The notes under the pieces were generated by a model. The model saw nothing but the letters and a program-made list of their open reading frames with translations. It searched no databases and was not told the origin of the DNA. DNA of 19,022 nucleotides from Candidatus Fervidifonticultor quintus (GTDB lineage Bacteria; Sysuimicrobiota; Sysuimicrobiia; Sysuimicrobiales; Humicultoraceae): assembly GCA_031459535.1 (NCBI GenBank), contig JAVKIJ010000061.1, positions 1-19,022 of the forward strand, in the 5' to 3' direction. A program made the translations under genes and the position numbers. Shown here one piece after another: positions 1 through 9,098 of this stretch. The stretch's first letter is position 1; the number at the start of each line of letters is the position of its first letter.

Positions 1-99
1 GAGGTCAACTGCGCACTCGGAGACAGAAAGGGCTGGGGCGCGGCTGCCCTGAGCATCATGTAGCCCCAGCGTCGGACGGGCCGGGCCCGCGGCTCGCCC

Positions 100-1170
100 T
101 CACTCCGCCGGCAGCAGATACAACCCCGACGGCAGGAACTGCAGTCGCACCGCCTGGCCCACGGCCAACATCCGGTCCACGCTGCGGGCGTCGGCGACGC
201 TGATCTCGCCCACCTCGGTCTCGATGAGGTAGTCCACGTAGGTGCCCATGAAGAAGGCGCTGCGCACCCTGCCGGGCAACCCCTCGCCGTCGGTGGCCAC
301 CTGGATGGCCTCGGGCCGCGCCATGAGCGTGGCCGGGCCGGGCGCCATCCCCGGCTGCTGGTAGGCGAACCGGTAGCTCCCCACCCGGACCGCGGTGTCC
401 TCCACGGTGGCCGGCAGCAGGTTGGCCTCACCGATGAAGTCGGCGACGAAGCGGCTGGCGGGCCGGCGGTACAGATCGGTGGGCGCGCCGATCTGCTCGA
501 TGCGCCCCTGGTTCATGACCACAACCACATCGGAGATGGCCAGGGCCTCGGACTGGTCGTGGGTCACGTAGACGCTGGTGATGCCCAGTTGCTGCTGCAG
601 CATGCGGATGTCGGCCCGCACGCGCTTGCGCAGCTTGGCGTCCAGGTTCGAGAGCGGCTCGTCGAAGAGCAGCACGCGCGGCTTCATGACCAGGGCCCTC
701 GCCAGCGCCACGCGCTGCTGCTGCCCGCCCGAGAGCTGTCCCGGCCACCGGCCCTCCAGGCCGGGCAGGCCCACCAGGCTGAGCACCTCGGCCACGCGCC
801 GCCGGATCTCGTCCTCCGGCCGGCGCTGCACCCGCAGCCCGTAGGCGATGTTCTCGAAGACCGTCAGATGCGGGAACAACGCGTAGGCCTGGAAGACCAT
901 GGTCACGCTGCGGTTGGCTGCCGGCAGCGGGGTGACGTCCTCGTCGGCGATGAAGATGCGGCCCGCGGTGGGTACCTCCAGCCCGGCGATCATGCGCAGC
1001 GTGGTGGTCTTGCCGCACCCCGACGGGCCCAGCAGCGTGACCAGTTTGCCGGCGGGGATCTCGAGCGTCACACTGTCCACGGCGGTCAGGGTGCCGAATC
1101 GCTTGGTGATCCCCTCCAGACGCACTGGGGCTGCCTCTGTGGGCAGGACCGTTCGCAACGGCTCGGCCAC
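100..1170 (-). CDS. ABC transporter ATP-binding subunit, AfuC/FbpC/PotA family (transporter A)
   Basis: Walker A GPSGCGKT, signature LSGGQQQR, Walker B LLFDEP, VTHDQ H-loop and a TOBE-like C-terminus. GTG start preceded by GGAGGGAG. Confidence 0.93.
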   Translation of the reverse strand: MAEPLRTVLPTEAAPVRLEGITKRFGTLTAVDSVTLEIPAGKLVTLLGPSGCGKTTTLRMIAGLEVPTAGRIFIADEDVTPLPAANRSVTMVFQAYALFPHLTVFENIAYGLRVQRRPEDEIRRRVAEVLSLVGLPGLEGRWPGQLSGGQQQRVALARALVMKPRVLLFDEPLSNLDAKLRKRVRADIRMLQQQLGITSVYVTHDQSEALAISDVVVVMNQGRIEQIGAPTDLYRRPASRFVADFIGEANLLPATVEDTAVRVGSYRFAYQQPGMAPGPATLMARPEAIQVATDGEGLPGRVRSAFFMGTYVDYLIETEVGEISVADARSVDRMLAVGQAVRLQFLPSGLYLLPAE

Positions 1171-1188
1171 GTCCGGCTCCCTCCGCGC

Positions 1189-3417
1189 CTACGCCGTCGC
1201 CACCCCGCCGACCTGCCGGATCCCCAGGCGCTGCGTGAACTGATAGAGGCCGACAATGACCGCCGCCATGAACAGCACCAGCACCCACGACAGCGCCGCC
1301 GCCAGCCCCACGGTGCCGTAGTTCACGTACGAGAGGATCTGGGTGGTGGCCAGGTTGGTCTGGGGAGTGATCAGGAAGATGACCTGGCTGATGGCCGTCA
1401 TCGCCCGCACGAAACTGAACACCAGCCCGGCCAGGATCGCGGCCCGCACCAGGGGCAGCACGATGCGCCGCAGCGTGGTGGGCGCGCCGGCCCGCAACAT
1501 CGTGGAGGCTTCCTCTAACGATCGGTCGATCTGGTGGATGGCCGCCACCCCGGCGCGCAGCGCGACGGGCATGTTGCGGAACACGAAGGCCAGGATGATG
1601 ATGAACTCGGTCCCGGTCAGCAGCAGCGGGCCCTGGTTGAACGCCAGGATGTAGCCGATGCCCATCACGGTCCCGGGCGTGGCGAACGACAGCATGGACG
1701 AGAACTCCAGCGCCTCCCGGCCGGGGAACGCGTAGCGCGTCACCAGGTAGCCGATGAGAAAGCCGACGAGGGTGGACGGGACGGCGGCGATCGCCGAGAG
1801 GGCGGCCGTGGTCCGGAAGACCTGCCATCCCGTGGGCGACAGGCCCTTGATGTGGGCCAGGGTGAAGGTGTAGTCGAAGCCCCACAGTTTGGTCACGCTG
1901 CCCACGGCGACAGACCCGTAGAGGACCACGATGACCAGCACCCACAGCACGAAGACCGCAGTGACGCCGTAGTCGAGCGCCCAGGGCAGCGGGCGCGCGA
2001 GCCCCGCCCCCGGACGGCCCGTCACGGTCACGTACGACGCCTTCCCGATCCACCGGTTCTGGGTGAGGAAGATGACCAGGGTCATGGCCAGCAGCGTCAC
2101 GCCGAAGACCGCGGCCTCGTTGGGGTTGTAGCGCCCGATGATCGAGAAGAACACCTCGGTGGCCAGGTACGGCTTGCCGCCGCCCACGACGATGGGGTTA
2201 CCGAAGTCGGCCAGGCTCTCGATGGCCACCAGCAGGAACGCGTTGGCGACCCCCGGCCGCGCCAGCGGCCAGATCACGGTCCGCAGGATGTGCCAGCGGT
2301 TCGCCCCCAGCGTCTCAGCCGCCTCCTCCATGGCCACGTCCAGTTGCTGGACCACGCCCTGGAGGATGAGGAACGCGATGGGGGTATACGCCAGCACCTG
2401 CGCCAGCCCCACCCCTAGCGGCCCGAAGAAGACCGTGGTGGACTGGCCCAGGAGCTGGTGCGTGATGAACCCGCGGCGGCCGAAGAGATAGATGATGGCC
2501 AGCCCCAGCACGAACGGCGGCGTGATGATGGGCAGGATCGAGACCGGGCCGAACAGCCGACGGGTGGGCAGCCGCGACCGCTCGGCCAGCAGCGCGAACA
2601 GGAATCCGAGGGCGGTGGAGAGGCCGCCGACCACCAGCGCCAGGAGGATGCTATTGCGCACCGCCCCAAACCCCACGTACAGCGCCGCCACCAGCGTCCC
2701 GCCCACCGCCGTCCCGGCAGCCCACAGTCCGGTGGGGCGGGCCTTGCGGGTGACGGCACCGACCACCAGCCCCGCGAGGGCGGCCATCACCGCACCGGCG
2801 GTGAGCGCGGTCTGCCACTCGTTGTGCGGCGTCAGCGGGTTGTTGACGAGCAGGAAGTTGGGCGACTCGACCGTCTGCCGCACCACCTCCAGGGTGAGGC
2901 GGCCTTTAACCCACACGCTGGCCTGCAGCACCGTGTAGAGCGGGTAGAGGATGAAGATCACGACGAACGCCGCCGACCAGACGATGCACACCCCGATGAA
3001 GGCGTCGGCGTGGATGTAGCCCCCCAGCGCGAGCCCGATCCCGACCAGCGCCAGGAACCCGAGGATCGCCACCAGGGCGCCCGGGCCCATGGGCGCTCCG
3101 CGGGCCGCCAGTGACCAGATGGTGGTCAGGGCGCCGGCGACACCGGCGGCAAGCGCCAGGCGGCCCCTCCGGAACAGCGGCAGGGGCGCCACCCCCAGCG
3201 TCCCGGCCAGCGCCGCCAGGACGACCAGGGTAGCCATGGCCCAGTCGCCAGCCAGCAGCTCATAGCCCAGGGTACCCGGCGTGTAGATGAAGAGGTCGCG
3301 CCCGGGGCGCGCCCACGGCAGGAGCAGCGCCCCGAGCAGGGTGAGGCCACCCCAGGCCACCAGCGTCGCACTGGGCCGGAGGAGGGGCCTGGTCGTGGCG
3401 ATGACGGGTGTGGCCAT
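1189..3417 (-). CDS. ABC transporter permease with two fused TM domains, long AfuB type (transporter A)
   Basis: 742 aa hydrophobic protein with two EAA loops (MEEAAETLGA, LEEASTMLRA), PPFV and SLADFGNP motifs, and extra N-terminal TM helices as in AfuB. Confidence 0.9.
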   Translation of the reverse strand: MATPVIATTRPLLRPSATLVAWGGLTLLGALLLPWARPGRDLFIYTPGTLGYELLAGDWAMATLVVLAALAGTLGVAPLPLFRRGRLALAAGVAGALTTIWSLAARGAPMGPGALVAILGFLALVGIGLALGGYIHADAFIGVCIVWSAAFVVIFILYPLYTVLQASVWVKGRLTLEVVRQTVESPNFLLVNNPLTPHNEWQTALTAGAVMAALAGLVVGAVTRKARPTGLWAAGTAVGGTLVAALYVGFGAVRNSILLALVVGGLSTALGFLFALLAERSRLPTRRLFGPVSILPIITPPFVLGLAIIYLFGRRGFITHQLLGQSTTVFFGPLGVGLAQVLAYTPIAFLILQGVVQQLDVAMEEAAETLGANRWHILRTVIWPLARPGVANAFLLVAIESLADFGNPIVVGGGKPYLATEVFFSIIGRYNPNEAAVFGVTLLAMTLVIFLTQNRWIGKASYVTVTGRPGAGLARPLPWALDYGVTAVFVLWVLVIVVLYGSVAVGSVTKLWGFDYTFTLAHIKGLSPTGWQVFRTTAALSAIAAVPSTLVGFLIGYLVTRYAFPGREALEFSSMLSFATPGTVMGIGYILAFNQGPLLLTGTEFIIILAFVFRNMPVALRAGVAAIHQIDRSLEEASTMLRAGAPTTLRRIVLPLVRAAILAGLVFSFVRAMTAISQVIFLITPQTNLATTQILSYVNYGTVGLAAALSWVLVLFMAAVIVGLYQFTQRLGIRQVGGVATA

Positions 3418-3427
3418 ACCGCGCCGC

Positions 3428-4444
3428 CTACTTGGGCAGCGGGAAGACCTCCCGCGTCCAGCGGTTGACGAGGCCGTCGCGGACGGCGGCCGTCCCGTAC
3501 TTGATGAAGTCGTACTTGATGACCCTGAAGTCCTGGAATCGCGGCGACACCTTGGGCACCGGCGTCTTGCTGTTGGACGGAATCTGATACGACTTGGCCT
3601 CGGCCGCCAGCAGCTGCGCCTCGGGGGACAGCGCCCACTCGATGAACGTGATCCCGTTGGCCCGGTTGGGCGCGCCCCGGACCAGGCTCAGCCCGCCGAT
3701 CTCGTAGCCGGTGCCGTCGCGGGCCGATCCGTACGTGACCGGGAAACCGCTGAGGATCTGCAGGACGGCATCGTGCAGGAACGTCACGCCGATGGCCACC
3801 TCGCCACGGCCCGCCATGACGCCCGGCGCCGCACCGGCCCGAGTGTACTCGGCCACGTTCCGGTGGATCCGCTTGAGCAGGTCGAACGCCTTCGCTTCAC
3901 CGTAGAGCTGGACGATCGTGGCGACCATGGTGTACCCGGTCCCCGAGGTGTTCGGATTCGGGTACGCAACCAGGCCTCGCAGCCGCGGATCGGCCAGGTC
4001 CTCCCAGGTCCTGGGCTCCGGGATGTTCTTCTCGCGGAGCAGACGCCCGTTGACCGCCCATCCCAGGATGCCGGCGTAGAGCGGGATGTATTTGTTGGCG
4101 ACAGCCTCGCGCAACTCGGGCCGGAGGTCGTCCCAGACCTTGGGCTTGTAGAACTCGGTCAGGCCCTCCTCGTTGGCCACGATGTGCGGGTCGCCGGTAC
4201 CTCCGAACCAGACGTCGAAGACCGGGTTCGCCCGCTCGGCCCGCAGCCTGGCCAGCGCCTCGCCCGAGCTCAGCCGGACGAAATCGAGCGCGATCCCGGT
4301 GGCCCGGGGAAACTGGGCCTTGATGAGGTCACACCACTCGACGTTGGGGCTGCACAGCACGACTACGCGCCCGGCCGGCGCGGCGTGCGCGACTCCCAGG
4401 GCCAGAAACACTACGCTCAGGCCCACTGCCAGCACGCGTCTCAT
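3428..4444 (-). CDS. ABC substrate-binding protein, AfuA-like (probable sugar/cyclitol-phosphate binding)
   Basis: Start moved to ATG 4444 (GGGAGGT 6 nt upstream). Signal peptide ends AHA. CS-x5-C, DVWFGGT-DP, SGTGYT, FLHD, GTGYEIGG and YDFIKYG match AfuA as I recall it. Confidence 0.88.
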   Translation of the reverse strand: MRRVLAVGLSVVFLALGVAHAAPAGRVVVLCSPNVEWCDLIKAQFPRATGIALDFVRLSSGEALARLRAERANPVFDVWFGGTGDPHIVANEEGLTEFYKPKVWDDLRPELREAVANKYIPLYAGILGWAVNGRLLREKNIPEPRTWEDLADPRLRGLVAYPNPNTSGTGYTMVATIVQLYGEAKAFDLLKRIHRNVAEYTRAGAAPGVMAGRGEVAIGVTFLHDAVLQILSGFPVTYGSARDGTGYEIGGLSLVRGAPNRANGITFIEWALSPEAQLLAAEAKSYQIPSNSKTPVPKVSPRFQDFRVIKYDFIKYGTAAVRDGLVNRWTREVFPLPK

Positions 4445-4458
4445 GTACCCACCTCCCA

Positions 4459-5307
4459 TCAGGATGCCTGTCCTCCCTCATATACGGTACCACCCCCACC
4501 CCCCTTCCTCACCAGTGGCCGCAGCGTGCGCAGCGTCCTCCGGGCGGCCTCATCGGGATCCGGCCTGGGCAGGATCTCTGCCGACAGGTACCCGCCATAG
4601 CCCATCGCCCGCAGCGTGGCCACGATCTTCTCGAAGTCGAGGTGCCCGAAGCCCGGCGCCCAGCGGTTGCTGTCGGCCGCGTGCACGTGCCACAGCCGCT
4701 CCCCGGCAACCTCCAGGGCGCCCTCGATCGTGGTTTCCTCGATGTTCATGTGGAAGGTATCGGCGAGGATGCCCAGGTGCGGGACGCCCGAGGCCTCGAT
4801 CAGCGCCCGGGTCTCGTCAACGGTCACCAGGAAGTCGGTCTCGTAGCGGTTGATCGGCTCGATGACCAACCGCACGTCAGCGGATGCCGCCTCGTCCAGC
4901 ACCGGCTTCAGCCCCTCGAGGAACCGGCGGCCTGTGGCCTCCGGGCCGCCGTCCGTCCGGCCCCTGATGAGCCCCACGATGACCAGGCTCCGCAGGCGCG
5001 CCGCCGCCCGCACGTGCGCGACCAGCCGCTCGGCGGCCCGCCGCCGCATGTCGGCGTCGGGGCTGGACAGGCACAGCCCGTCGTGCAGATAGGCCTGGCC
5101 GGTGGCTAGCGCGGGGACCGCGAGGCCGGCCTCGCGCACCACGGCCTCGACGCGGCCCAGGTCAATGGTCGCCGGGTCGCGGATCGCCAGCTCGATGCCG
5201 TCGAAGCCCAGGCGGGCCAGGTGAGCGGCGGCGGCTTCCCAGCCGCCGCGCATCGCGACCGCATCGAACGAGGTCTCCTCGACGGACACGGCCAGGCCGA
5301 GCTTCAT
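4459..5307 (-). CDS. iolO: 5-keto-L-gluconate epimerase-like TIM-barrel sugar epimerase
   Basis: Start moved to ATG 5307 (ATGA overlap with the upstream stop). SFDAVAMRG, ELAIRDP, TGQAYLHDGL, GLIRG, EPINRYETDF, ILADTFHMNIEE and HAADSNRWAPGFGH follow Thermotoga TM0416/IolO along its length. Confidence 0.82.
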   Translation of the reverse strand: MKLGLAVSVEETSFDAVAMRGGWEAAAAHLARLGFDGIELAIRDPATIDLGRVEAVVREAGLAVPALATGQAYLHDGLCLSSPDADMRRRAAERLVAHVRAAARLRSLVIVGLIRGRTDGGPEATGRRFLEGLKPVLDEAASADVRLVIEPINRYETDFLVTVDETRALIEASGVPHLGILADTFHMNIEETTIEGALEVAGERLWHVHAADSNRWAPGFGHLDFEKIVATLRAMGYGGYLSAEILPRPDPDEAARRTLRTLRPLVRKGGGGGTVYEGGQAS

Positions 5308-6377
5308 GCGCGACCGTCCCCGGTACCCTTCCCATCGTACAGGACGTGCATGTGCTCGGGGGCCAGCGCCAGATACACCTCGCCGTCGAACATGCGCTCC
5401 CCGGGCGCTGGCTGGTCCACGATCCACTCCATCCCCATGGTTTCGACCCAGTACCGGGCGAGCCCGCCCAGGAAGGCGCTGGTCTTGACGCGGCCACGCA
5501 GCGCCGGCCGACCGGAGACGGCAGACGGCGACGACGACAGCGTCACCGTCTCGGGCCGCACGACCAGCGTGGCCGGACCGGTCGCGGTCGCCCGCGCGAC
5601 CTCGAATTCCAAGTCGCCCAGGCGCACGCGGCGCGACGCGACCACCTGTACCGGCACGAAGTTGGCGAGCCCGACGAAGTCGGCGACGAACCAGTCCACG
5701 GGATGGTAGTAGATCTCCCGCGGGGTGCCCACCTGTACGATCCGGCCCTGGTTCATCACCGCGACCCGGTCCGAGATCGACAGCGCCTCCTCCTGGTCGT
5801 GGGTGACATAGATCGTGGTCTTGCCCAGGCGCTGCTGCAGGGCGCGCAGCTCGGTGCGCACCCGCACCCGCAGCTTCGCGTCCAGGTTGGACAGGGGCTC
5901 GTCCAGCAGCAGCACCTCCGGTTCCACGACCAGGGCCCGCGCCACGGCCACGCGTTGCTGCTGGCCGCCCGACAGCTGGTTGGGGAACTTGTGTTCTTGT
6001 CCCGACAGCCCCACCAGCTCCGCCACCGCGGCGATCCGGCGCCTGGCCTCGGCGTCCCCGATCCCGCGCATTTTCAGGCCGTACCCGATGTTCTCGGCCA
6101 CGGTCATGTGGGGAAACAGCGCATACTCCTGGAACACCATGGCCGTGTTGCGCTTGTGAGGCGGGATGTCGGTCACCCGCTGGTCGCGCACGAAGATGTC
6201 GCCGCTATCGGGGTGGTAGAAACCGGCGATCATGCGCAGCGTGGTGGTCTTGCCGCAGCCCGAGGGCCCCAGCAGCGTGGTGAACTCGCCTTCGGCGACA
6301 TCGAGGGAGACATGGTCCACGGCCAGGGTGGTGCCCAGGCGCTTGGTGACGTCCCGCAGGCGCACGTGGACGGCCAT
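5304..6377 (-). CDS. ABC transporter ATP-binding subunit, AfuC/FbpC/PotA family (transporter B)
   Basis: GPSGCGKT, LSGGQQQR, LLLDEPLSNLD and VTHDQEEA. Starts 1 nt after the permease stop. Confidence 0.93.
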   Translation of the reverse strand: MAVHVRLRDVTKRLGTTLAVDHVSLDVAEGEFTTLLGPSGCGKTTTLRMIAGFYHPDSGDIFVRDQRVTDIPPHKRNTAMVFQEYALFPHMTVAENIGYGLKMRGIGDAEARRRIAAVAELVGLSGQEHKFPNQLSGGQQQRVAVARALVVEPEVLLLDEPLSNLDAKLRVRVRTELRALQQRLGKTTIYVTHDQEEALSISDRVAVMNQGRIVQVGTPREIYYHPVDWFVADFVGLANFVPVQVVASRRVRLGDLEFEVARATATGPATLVVRPETVTLSSSPSAVSGRPALRGRVKTSAFLGGLARYWVETMGMEWIVDQPAPGERMFDGEVYLALAPEHMHVLYDGKGTGDGRA

Positions 6378-6378
6378 G

Positions 6379-8013
6379 CTAGCCCATCCGCAGGGGGCGC
6401 AGCGCCCACCCCGCCGCCGCCTGCGCGATCCCCACCGAGACCAGGGTGAGGATCAACAGCATGGTCGTCAGGGCCGCGGCCGATCCCCAGATGTTGTTGC
6501 CGATCATGTTGAGGATCGCGAAGGTGGCCACCACGTTGCCCGGGGCCACGAGGAAGATGACGATGCTGACGTTGGTGACCGCGCGGATGAACGAGACCAC
6601 GAACGCTCCCACGAACGCCCGCTGCAGCAGCGGCAGGTAGATGTCCCACAGGACGCGCAGCCCGCTGGCCCCCAGGTTCGTGGCGGCCTCTTCGATGGAC
6701 CGCTCGATCTGCTTGAGGGTGGCCACCGCCGCCTGGTAGCCCATGGGCAGGTGCCAGAAGGCCAGCGCCAGGGCGATCACCCAGATGGTGCCCACCAGCT
6801 CCAGCGGCGGCCGGTTGAACGCCAGCACGAAGCCCACGCCCACGAACACCCCCGGCAGGGCCCCGGGCAGCACCGCCAGGAAGTCCAGCGCCTGCCGCAG
6901 CGGCAGCGGCCGCGAGGTGAGGAACGCCACCACGACGCCGACCACGCCGGTGATCACGCCGGCCAGCGCCCCGATCTTGACGCTGGCCCACAGCGTATCC
7001 AGCCGGTCCACCGACAGCCGCCAGTGCGCCAGCGTCGGCGTCCAGTCCCGTCCCCAGATGGTGGTGAACGCGCCGGCGATGACCCCGAAGTAGACCAGGA
7101 AGACCATGACGCTCATCGCGACGCAGAAGGCCACGGTGCCCCACTTCAAGACTGGATGGGTCGGGGGAGGCTCGATCCGCGATCCGCGCCCGCTCACCGT
7201 GGTGTAGACCCGCCGGCTCACCCAGTAGCGTTCCAGCAGGAAGAGGATCGTGGTGGGCACGATGAGCATGGCCACCACCAGCGCCGCGCCCTTCAGATCA
7301 GCCATCCCCTCCATCCGGAACCAGGCCTCGGTAGCCAGCAGTGGAAAGCCGCCGGCGATGACGACCGCGTTGCCGAAGTCGGCCAGGACCGAGATCGCCA
7401 CCACCAGGGCCGCGCCCGCGATCCCTGGACGGGCCAGGGCAAACGAAATCGTGCGCACCACGGTCCACTCGTCGGCGCCGAGATTGCGTGCGGCGTGCTC
7501 CAGGCTGGGGTTGATCGCCTCCAGCACGCCGATGATGATCAGCATCGCCAGGGGGAAGAACGCCACCGTCTGCACGAGCCACAGCCCGTGCCAGCCGAAG
7601 ATGTTGGCGTCCAGCCCCAGCAGGGTCTTGGTGATCAGGCCCTGCCGGCCGAACATCAGAATATAGGCGAACGCCACCATGAAGGGCGGCGCAAAGAGCG
7701 GCAGCAGGGCCATGCTCCTGAAGAAGCGCCTGCCGGGGATGTCCGGGCGCGTGAGGGCGAAGGCGAAGATCAGGCCGCTGGCGGTGGCGGTGAGCGTGGA
7801 GATCACCATCATCACCAGGCTGTTGCGGGCAGCCTGCATCCAGCGCAGGCTCCTGGGGATGGCGAGGTAGTCCTGGAGCCCCGGATACACCAGCACCCGC
7901 AGCGTGGGATAGAGGACGAACAGCGCCAGGACCACGCCGGCGCCCAGAAATGCCAGCAGCACCCCCGGGTCGCCGGCGTGTCGGCGCGCGTCAGTCCACC
8001 GCAGAACGGCCAT
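6379..8013 (-). CDS. ABC transporter permease with two fused TM domains, FbpB/AfuB family (transporter B)
   Basis: 544 aa hydrophobic protein with EAA-like loops LEHAARNLGA and IEEAATNLGA, plus PPFM and LADFGN motifs. Confidence 0.9.
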   Translation of the reverse strand: MAVLRWTDARRHAGDPGVLLAFLGAGVVLALFVLYPTLRVLVYPGLQDYLAIPRSLRWMQAARNSLVMMVISTLTATASGLIFAFALTRPDIPGRRFFRSMALLPLFAPPFMVAFAYILMFGRQGLITKTLLGLDANIFGWHGLWLVQTVAFFPLAMLIIIGVLEAINPSLEHAARNLGADEWTVVRTISFALARPGIAGAALVVAISVLADFGNAVVIAGGFPLLATEAWFRMEGMADLKGAALVVAMLIVPTTILFLLERYWVSRRVYTTVSGRGSRIEPPPTHPVLKWGTVAFCVAMSVMVFLVYFGVIAGAFTTIWGRDWTPTLAHWRLSVDRLDTLWASVKIGALAGVITGVVGVVVAFLTSRPLPLRQALDFLAVLPGALPGVFVGVGFVLAFNRPPLELVGTIWVIALALAFWHLPMGYQAAVATLKQIERSIEEAATNLGASGLRVLWDIYLPLLQRAFVGAFVVSFIRAVTNVSIVIFLVAPGNVVATFAILNMIGNNIWGSAAALTTMLLILTLVSVGIAQAAAGWALRPLRMG

Positions 8014-8025
8014 CCTTCCCTGCCC

Positions 8026-9045
8026 CTAGCGGCCGATCTCGCGCTGCCACCGCTCCCGCAGCCGGGTCATGTTGTCAATGGCCCACTGGCGGTCGTACTT
8101 GACGAACTGCAGTTTCTCGAAGGCCGTGGCGCCCATGGGCACCGGCACGTCAGCCCGCACCGGGTAGCGGAACCCGTAGCTGGCGTTGATGACCTGCGGG
8201 GTGCGGCTCATCAGGAAGTCCACGTAGGCCTTGGCGCCTTCCGGGTTCGGGCCGCCCTTGATGATCGAGACTGCGCCGATCTCGAAGGCGGTATCGGGCG
8301 GCACCGTGGTCTCCAGCGGCTGCTGGGCCGCCAGGCGGGCGCCGATGGCCTCGTGCGCCCACATCATCCCCACGATGGCCTCGCCCCGCGCCAGCAGCGT
8401 GATGGTCCCCGGGGCGGTCGGCGTGTACTGGGACGCGTTGGCGTTGAGGGCCTTCAGGTAGGCCCACGCCCGGTCCTCGCCCAGCCGGAAGATCTGGGCA
8501 GCGACGAAGATGTACCCGCCACCGGTCGTGATGGGGCTGGGCATGACAAAGTGGCCCCGGAACTCGGGACGGATCAGGTCGTCCCACGTGGCCGGCTTGG
8601 GGATCCGGCGGGGCGCCATCTCACGGTCCCACCGGTCGGTGTTGACGATGATGGCCAGCGCGCCCAGGTACCACCCGTGCCAGAAGCCGCCCGGGTCCAG
8701 GTAGGCCGGGCTGACCTTGGCCTCGGCGGCGGCCGGTGACCTGTAGGCGAGCAGCAGGCCCTCGCGGGCCAGCGGCACATGGAAGTCGGCCGAACCGCCG
8801 ACGAAGATGTCGGCGCGCGGCCGATCCTTCTCGGCGCGGATGCGGGCAGCCAGCGTGCCGGCCGCCGCGACGCTCAATGCCTCCACCGGGATGCCGGTCC
8901 TCTTGGTGAACTCCCGGTTCACGAGCGTCGTCTCCAGATCCGGCAGGGCCGAGTACACCACGATCCTGGGCTGCTGGGCATAGCTGACCCCCAACCCGGT
9001 GAGCACCAGCGCCACCAACAGCACTCCAACCGTCAGTCGCCTCAT
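8026..9045 (-). CDS. ABC substrate-binding protein, AfuA/FbpA family, divergent (transporter B)
   Basis: Probable start ATG 9045 (alternatives 9051 and 9054) after GGGGGA. Signal peptide ends SYA. AEKDRPRADIFVGG, PATWDDL and FEIGAVSIIKG are family motifs. Confidence 0.85.
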   Translation of the reverse strand: MRRLTVGVLLVALVLTGLGVSYAQQPRIVVYSALPDLETTLVNREFTKRTGIPVEALSVAAAGTLAARIRAEKDRPRADIFVGGSADFHVPLAREGLLLAYRSPAAAEAKVSPAYLDPGGFWHGWYLGALAIIVNTDRWDREMAPRRIPKPATWDDLIRPEFRGHFVMPSPITTGGGYIFVAAQIFRLGEDRAWAYLKALNANASQYTPTAPGTITLLARGEAIVGMMWAHEAIGARLAAQQPLETTVPPDTAFEIGAVSIIKGGPNPEGAKAYVDFLMSRTPQVINASYGFRYPVRADVPVPMGATAFEKLQFVKYDRQWAIDNMTRLRERWQREIGR

Positions 9046-9098
9046 ACGCATCATCCCCCGTTGCAGAGTGTCACGGCTGGACGAACAGCCTGTCTGGA

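Noticed and set aside
983-1017. 35-bp exact direct repeat with 6223-6257
   Set aside because: Both copies encode the Walker A region CGKTTTLRMIAG of paralogous ATPases. Protein conservation plus GC3 bias explains it, so it is not an att site or element boundary.
6232-8739. 835-aa plus-strand ORF and other long antisense or alternative-frame ORFs (428-2053, 3287-4600, 13434-15008, 15079-16284, 17787-18881 and others)
   Set aside because: They are shadow frames of well-supported genes in high-GC DNA, with no recognisable domains and biased R/G/P/H/Q composition.
100-9045. Annotation of the two FbpABC-family cassettes as Fe3+ or polyamine transporters
   Set aside because: I see no tandem-Tyr iron ligands of FbpA and no Fur-box-like sequence. 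The motifs and context point to AfuA-like carbohydrate ligands.
9075-9090. Small hairpin GGCTG/CAGCC between the HAD gene and the SBP gene
   Set aside because: A 5-bp stem without a U-tract is not above chance in GC-rich DNA.
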